A stretch of 64,000 nt of DNA from the NCBI RefSeq assembly GCF_032191835.1, contig NC_083241.1, positions 34,100,001 to 34,164,000 of the forward strand. The letters run 5' to 3'. Of the stretch, positions 57,966 through 64,000 are shown one piece after another. The translations under genes were made by a program, and so were the position numbers. Under the pieces are notes generated by a model. That model ran no database searches. It was given only the letters and a program-made list of their open reading frames with translations, and was not told the origin of the DNA. This DNA is from Heteronotia binoei. Lineage: Eukaryota. The first letter of the stretch is position 1, and each line of letters starts with the position of its first letter.

Positions 57966-58279
57966 TAACTTTTTTTAAATGGCTGTTTTTAAATGGCTAG
58001 TAGCCATTTAAACTATTTTTTAACTTGTTATTTGAATTTGTATGTTGGGAATGTTGTCCCCTGCCCTGAGCCTTGTTGCACAGAGGAGGGCGGGTTATGA
58101 ATCAGTCAGATAAATAGACTTATCCTTCATGAATCTATCCAATTGCCTTTTAGAGCTGTTCGTTCCTGTGGCCATCGCTACATCCTCTGACAGCAGATTC
58201 CACACTTGAATCCCTCTCTGAGCAAAGAAGTATTTCCTTTCGACAGTTCTGAACCTCCTGCCCATCAGCTTCAGAGCCA

Positions 58280-58564
58280 GAGAGCCAGTTTGGTGTAGTG
58301 GTTAAGTGTGTGGACTTTTATCTGGAAGAACCGGGTTTGATTCCCCACTCCTCCACTTGCACCTGCTGGATTGGCCTTGGGTTCACCATTAGCTCTGGCA
58401 GAGGTTGTCCTTGAAAGGGCAGCTGCTGTGAGAGCCCTCTCAGCCCCATCCACCTCACAGGATGTCTGTTGTGGGGGGAGAAGATACAGGAGATTGTAAG
58501 CCGCTCTGAGTCTTTGATTCAGAGAGAAGGGCGGGGTATAAATCTGCAATTCTTCTTCTTCTTC
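58280..58564 (+). mobile_element. Squam3-like SINE
   Basis: Full-length copy. Another copy with an internal duplication lies at 59788-60145 (-). Confidence 0.85.
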
Positions 58565-61321
58565 ATTGGAGGCCCTGGAGTTCTGGTCTTGGGAGGGGGA
58601 GAAAAAAGTTCTCTTTGTCAGTTCTCTCTACTCCTTTCATGATGTTATAAACCTCCATCTTGTCCCCTCTTAGTCTTCTTTTTTAAAGCCTCTTCTCCTA
58701 GGGAAGGTGCTCCAACCCCCTTATCATTTGGCGTTAAGGCTGCCTTCAGTTACAGATGCTCTGTCAGCTCTTTCTCCTGCTTACAATAGAAATCCATCTG
58801 CTGTTTGCAGACCTGCTGACACTTGGAACTGAAATGTAATGCAAGCTTTAACCTCATTTGGCCCACTTTTTCAGCCCTAGTAAGGAGCCTAATGTGTTTT
58901 AAACTTTCGAGGTTGATTCATCCTTTCTCACAGGGCTCAGATCCTTAGTTGTCTGTCTAGTGCAGGGATCATCAGATTGTGGCTCGGTAGCTGCATGTGG
59001 CTCTTCCACGCAATATTGTATGGCTCTCAAAGCCCCCACCACCCCGTCAGCTGGCTTGGAGGAGAAGGCAGTTCTCTCTTTAAATGACTTCTCCAAGCTA
59101 AGCCAGCTGGCAGCTTGGAGAATGCTTCTAAAGTTAAAGTAGCTTTCTTTCCACCTCTCCCTCCCCCCCAATCTATTTGCCTCCCTCCCTCCAACATCTG
59201 ACGTTTATCCTATGTGGCTCTTACATTAAGCAAGGTTGACCAGCTGCGATCTAGTAGAAGTCAAATTGTTCCATTGCATGTTTTAAAAAAGCAGGACCTG
59301 CAGTTTATCGGTGGTGTTGGCATGAACTCTCTGCATCTACTTTTGGCAGAAAGTAGATACCCAGTGTGTTGTCCTGAAAGCAAATCAAGGAGGGGGAGGG
59401 AAACCCTTACCTTTGCTTAAACAGAACAAAATCAACCCTACTTTAGAATCCTTCGATGTCGAAGATTAACCTGCAGTCCCAGCCATGATCGTCTGCCCAA
59501 ATGAGTCTTCTGCTTTTATGTTTGGGACCGTAAGGGTGTGTGGCGTTGCATCCCAAAAAAGTTTGCTTGCTTCCCTTTTCCAGACTTGCAGAAAAATCCT
59601 GGGAAGATACTTAGGGGCTTTTGCCATAATCCTGATTGAGCTCTCTCTATAACAAATGTCTGTGGCCTTTTCTGCTCTGACCTGTAGCGGCTCTCGAGGC
59701 TCATAGACCAAAGTCCTTCACATCACCTACTACCTGGTCCTTTCAACAGGAGATGCTGGGGACTGAACCTCGGACCTCCTGAATGCCAAGAAGAAGAAGA
59801 TATCAGATTTATATCTCGCCCTATACTCTGAATCTCAGAGCAGTCACAATCTCCTTTACCTCCCCCCCCCCCCCACGACAGACACCCTGTGAGGTAGGTG
59901 GGGCTGAGAGAGCTCTTGCAGCAGCTGCCCTTTTGAGCACAACTCCTACGAGAGCTATGGCTGACCCAAGGCCATTCCAGCAGGTGCAAGTGGAGGAGTG
60001 GGGAATCAAACCCGGTTCTCCCAGATAAGAGAGCTATGGCTGACCCAAGGCCATTCCAGCAGGTGCAGGTGGAGGAGTGGGGAATCAAACCCGGTTCTCC
60101 CAGATAAGAGTCCGCACACTTAACCACTACACCAAACTGGCTCTCCCACCCAGCCGCAGCCCCTCCCATTGATGTCTGGTATTTGGGTCCTTAAAGGACT
60201 CATGTCCATAACAGGGTTCCTGGCCCCCAAGTCCTCCCAAGTTTCGGGGATTTCTCTCCACTGCAGGACCAGCCGGTTGGTGGGAGAACCCCCTCCCCTA
60301 AACAGGGGCATTGTGCGGGGAACACTCGGGTTTTTGGGCAAGCTCTATGATTTAAGCCCAATTTAACCACAGTTTGCCCAAAAAACAGAGCATCCCTCAT
60401 GTAACATCTCTGCCCGCCCTCCCCCCCCGAATGCCTCCCGAATCCCCCTGCTGCACGGGCGAGGGGACTTGACAACCCTAGGCCATAAACACATTTAGCC
60501 TGCTTTACGTAATGTTATTGCAATCAGGCCTCAGATTCAGCAGGAGCTCACGTGAGCGCAGCTCCTGAACCTTTCTGACAGTTCCCCTCCTTCTTCCCCA
60601 CTTACCTTGTTCATTGAATAGTACGTGCAGCTGCATAACAATCCCTGGATTAGGAGAACAGGCAGCCAGCCAGCCACTAGGAGCTTTGCCACACCCAGCA
60701 GCCCTCATTAACCCTTGGAGAAGCCCGTGCCACCATTTCTCCTCTTCTTATGTGATTTTGGGAAGTGGGTGGTTTGCTGGCCTTTTGACTGGGGCGGAGA
60801 CCAGGAAAGCCCCAGGCGAGCGAGGCCTGCTTGGGCTGGCTGGATCTCTAGCCAGCCCAAGCAGGTCTCGCTTGCCTGGGGCTCTCCTTTCTTGCATCGG
60901 GTTGCTTTTGGCTTGGGGGGGGGGTAGCATCTGCTAATGAGTTACGCTAATGAGCTCCGCCACCTATTTTTCTACAAACGATCCCCGAGTACAATTAGTT
61001 AATATTTTAACTTTTCCCCCCATCATCATCTTCTGCAGCTGCTCACAGGAGGCACCCAAACATTGGCATCAGTGGTCACAGAAGGTCTTTGTCCTCTTTT
61101 TAAAACTAAACTTGTTCTTTCTCCACTGTTGACTTTTCTGCAAGCTGTAATTAGTCTAGCACGAAACGCAGGTCTGCAATACGAACTTGGTGACATCTGT
61201 CATATGAACTTGGTGACATCTGAGTAAACTTTGGGGGAAATTGCCGCTGGGGCCCCCCCCCCATTTCTTAAAAATGGATTGCTTCACAAAAGCTTGTGTT
61301 GTAATGAATGGATACCATGAG

Positions 61322-61500
61322 CAATGTTCCCTCTAAGCTGCAGAGTCTTGTGAGCAAGAATTCTACTTTACGAGCTACCGGTATTAAAGTTGGGAGCTGC
61401 TGCATAAAAGATTGTGTCCTGGGGCCATATTTCCTGAGCTAAGGCAGAGGCTAAAAATCTGTGAGCTAGCTCACACGAACTCAGCTTAGAGGGAACACTG
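61322..61500. mobile_element. hAT MITE of about 180 bp (TIR CA(G/A)TGTTCCCTCTAAGCTG)
   Basis: Clear TIRs. Family copies near 29100, 36241, 38293, 41660, 42320, 47553, 54110 and 63812. Confidence 0.85.
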
Positions 61501-64000
61501 GCCACGAGCAGTCAATTTGAGGAGTTTGATTTTGACTCAGCATTGGGACGGGGGTGCGAGAGACAGCGCAGCCCTATGCCAGTCGATGCTTGTTGAAATC
61601 TGTAATTTATTTATTTTATTTATTTAGCGAATGTATATTCCGCCCTTTCCCCTAACAGGCTCAGGGTGGAACGCAGCGTAGATTAGACAATTAAAAAAAC
61701 CCAACAAGTCGAATTTAAAGGGCACCAGCAGAAAGGGCACATTTCACAAAGTGCAGTTTTTGGCCCAAGAAGAAGTGACGGTGTTAAAAGATCAGATTCA
61801 GCACCTCAGTGAGGCTATAAAGCGTGATGTCACAACACGGGATGGTTGGTGGGATAGGACGCCCCGCTGCCTCAACCAAAAGCCCGGCGGAACAGCTCCG
61901 TTTTACAAGCCCTACTGGATTGAGAAGGAAGTAACTCGACATAGGATTGCCCTATAAAGCCCTCTGGTCCTGCAATGTGCACAAACCGCCTTTACCAAGC
62001 TGAGTACTTGCGACTGCAGCAAGGCGGTCGCTTATTGCCTCTTTCATTGCCTTTTGCAACCGGGGGCGAATGCTATTTCCCTTTGCGGCAAAGCCTAGGT
62101 TTTTCACTGTCTCGTGTCACATTGGACTTCTGCCACCAGTCCTGACCCTGAGGCTGTTGTGCCGGGGATCAGTCCGGTTCGCTTTATGTGGGCGGGGGAA
62201 CCTTTGCAAGGAGACGCCCTCCCCTCTCTCGCTCTTTACATTCCTGGCCACCTCCGGCAAGACTGCCAAGAACCCGGTCAGTTCCTTAATTCGTTTCCAA
62301 GCACATCCATTTGCCCCACCGCCTTAATTCTACAAGGTATAAAGGAGTCTTTTTTCCTCCCCAGCTTCTTTTACTTGCTTCCTGGTTCACCGACTCATGC
62401 TGATGGGAGCAGGGAGTGTCGGAATTCAGCCTGTTTGGCCAAAGTTATTCATTAAATGGGAGCTTGGTCACATGTGCCAAGACATGAAAGCGGAGATGAC
62501 ACTCCCCCAGCCCCCTCCAGGGTGGATCCTGCTCCTAGAATTAAAGCCATAGCTCTTCTCCCTCGCCCAGCCCCGTCAGGTTTTGTTTGCTGGGTGCAGG
62601 GCCATAGCCAGCGGGGGGGGGGGGGGGGCGCACAGGGGCGGTACTCCCCATAGCAAACTTGCTTAACGCAAGAGCCACGTAGAATAAACGTCAGATGTTT
62701 GAGAGCCACAAGACACGAGCGTCGGATGTTTGAGAGCTGCAAGACGAGGGAGGGAGCAAATAGACGGAGGGGAGGGAGAGAGGAGGGAGAGGTGGAAAGA
62801 AAGCAACTTTAACTTGGCTTGGAGAAGTGATCTAAAGAGAGCAACGCTTTCTCCAAGCTTGTTAGTATTGGGATATTCCACACACATATATTCGCCACTG
62901 TGTGACACAGAGTGTTGGACTGGAGGGGCCATTGGTCTGATCCAACATGGCTTCTCTTATGTTCATATGTTCAAGCTGGCCAACCAAGCAGTGGGGGCTT
63001 TGAGAGACACACAATATGTGTCAAAGAGCCACATGTGGCTCCCGAGCCACAGTTTGGCCACCCCTGCCCTATAGAATTTGCAGCACCCCCAACCAGCCTT
63101 CCCCAATCTTTCCTTTCACTGACTTGTTGGGGGTGCTGCAGATTCTATATGGGGCACTTGCCCCCCCGTGGGCCCCCCCAGCTACGGCCCTGGCTGGACG
63201 GAAAGGCCAAGGACCTTGGGTGCGTTTGGGTTTCCTCGGCAGGGTGTGGAACATGCAGAAATAAAGAGCTTTCTCTTATAAAGGTGAGGGTGGGGGCTGT
63301 CTTCAGCCTGTCCCCTGCCAGATAACCTAAAGATGGCCATTTGTGATAGGGGAAAATGCTCTTTCGATTAGGCTGCTTTCTCTCCTTTTAACTGCGACCT
63401 GAACGTGAGCTGGATCTACTTTTGAATAAATGTCCTTTTTTTTACAATATACTCCTTGGGAAACTTATTTACTGCAGTCAGAGAATCCCGCCTCTGTGAT
63501 TGGGCTGAACTCTGCTGCGTTAACTGAATATCACAATACTAACAAAGCACTGTATTCATTCCAGGCTGCGTGTCACAGCCTCTCAGCCCCAGGCATGGAC
63601 TCAGCCCAGGGCGTGGACTTCCTTATCTCCCTGGGCTTGGTAGCCGCTGCCTTTGGCCCCACAGAGAGCAAGCCCCGCCCTTTCTTTAAAACCAAAGTCA
63701 GCTGAGTCTCTTCCTGAAAGCCGATCCGTTGGGTGGTCAGCCCCATCCTTGCGACCTCCTTTTTCTGACAGCGCTCTGTACACGCGTTGTCCGTGTTTCA
63801 CATAGTTTCAGCCAGGGTTTCCTCCGAGCTGAGTTAGTGTGAGCTAGTTCAGTTTTTTAGCCTCCGGCTCACACATTTTTTGCCTTAACTCGGGAAGAAT
63901 GACCCCAGGGCACACTAACTGATGCTGTAGCTCGCGGCTTCAATGCTAGTAGCTCGCGAAGTAGAATTTTTGCTCACAAGACTCCACAGCTTATTATTTA

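Noticed and set aside
53812-64000. Search for SCAMP2 exon 2 (DPSVTQL...NPF) and the ORF at 61751-61957
   Set aside because: No matching exon was found and the ORF is unrecognised. The region is treated as SCAMP2 intron 1.

Overview
Repeat-rich vertebrate genomic DNA. The SINE, CR1 and hAT repertoire points to a squamate, probably a gecko (inference). The window holds the conserved FAM219B-MPI-SCAMP2 block. FAM219B is complete on + (6 coding exons, 12682-24707, 178 aa). MPI is complete on - (8 coding exons, 52378-35283, 420 aa, metal-ligand motifs intact). SCAMP2 exon 1 is on + (53755-53811) and shares a divergent CpG-island promoter with MPI. A decayed SCAN-domain (ZSCAN-like) gene lies at 2.3-5.8 kb, with two exons each interrupted by a hAT MITE. 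The rest is Squam3-like, tRNA-derived and 5S-derived SINEs, CR1/L2/L1 fragments, hAT MITEs with 8-bp TSDs and Penelope-like element (PLE) ends. Best leads: (1) minimal hammerhead ribozyme motifs in PLE ends, one with an intact core at 11287-11327 paired with its own antisense arm; (2) a diverged duplicate of MPI exon 4 in intron 3 that could act as a mutually exclusive or poison exon; (3) a MITE in the SCAN exon whose GT-AG excision is in frame only because of a 1-nt change in its TSD (possible intron gain); (4) tandem arrays of CR1 3' ends and of tRNA-like Pol III heads. Repeat family names and comparisons with human genes come from recall, not from a database search. Repeat boundaries are approximate.
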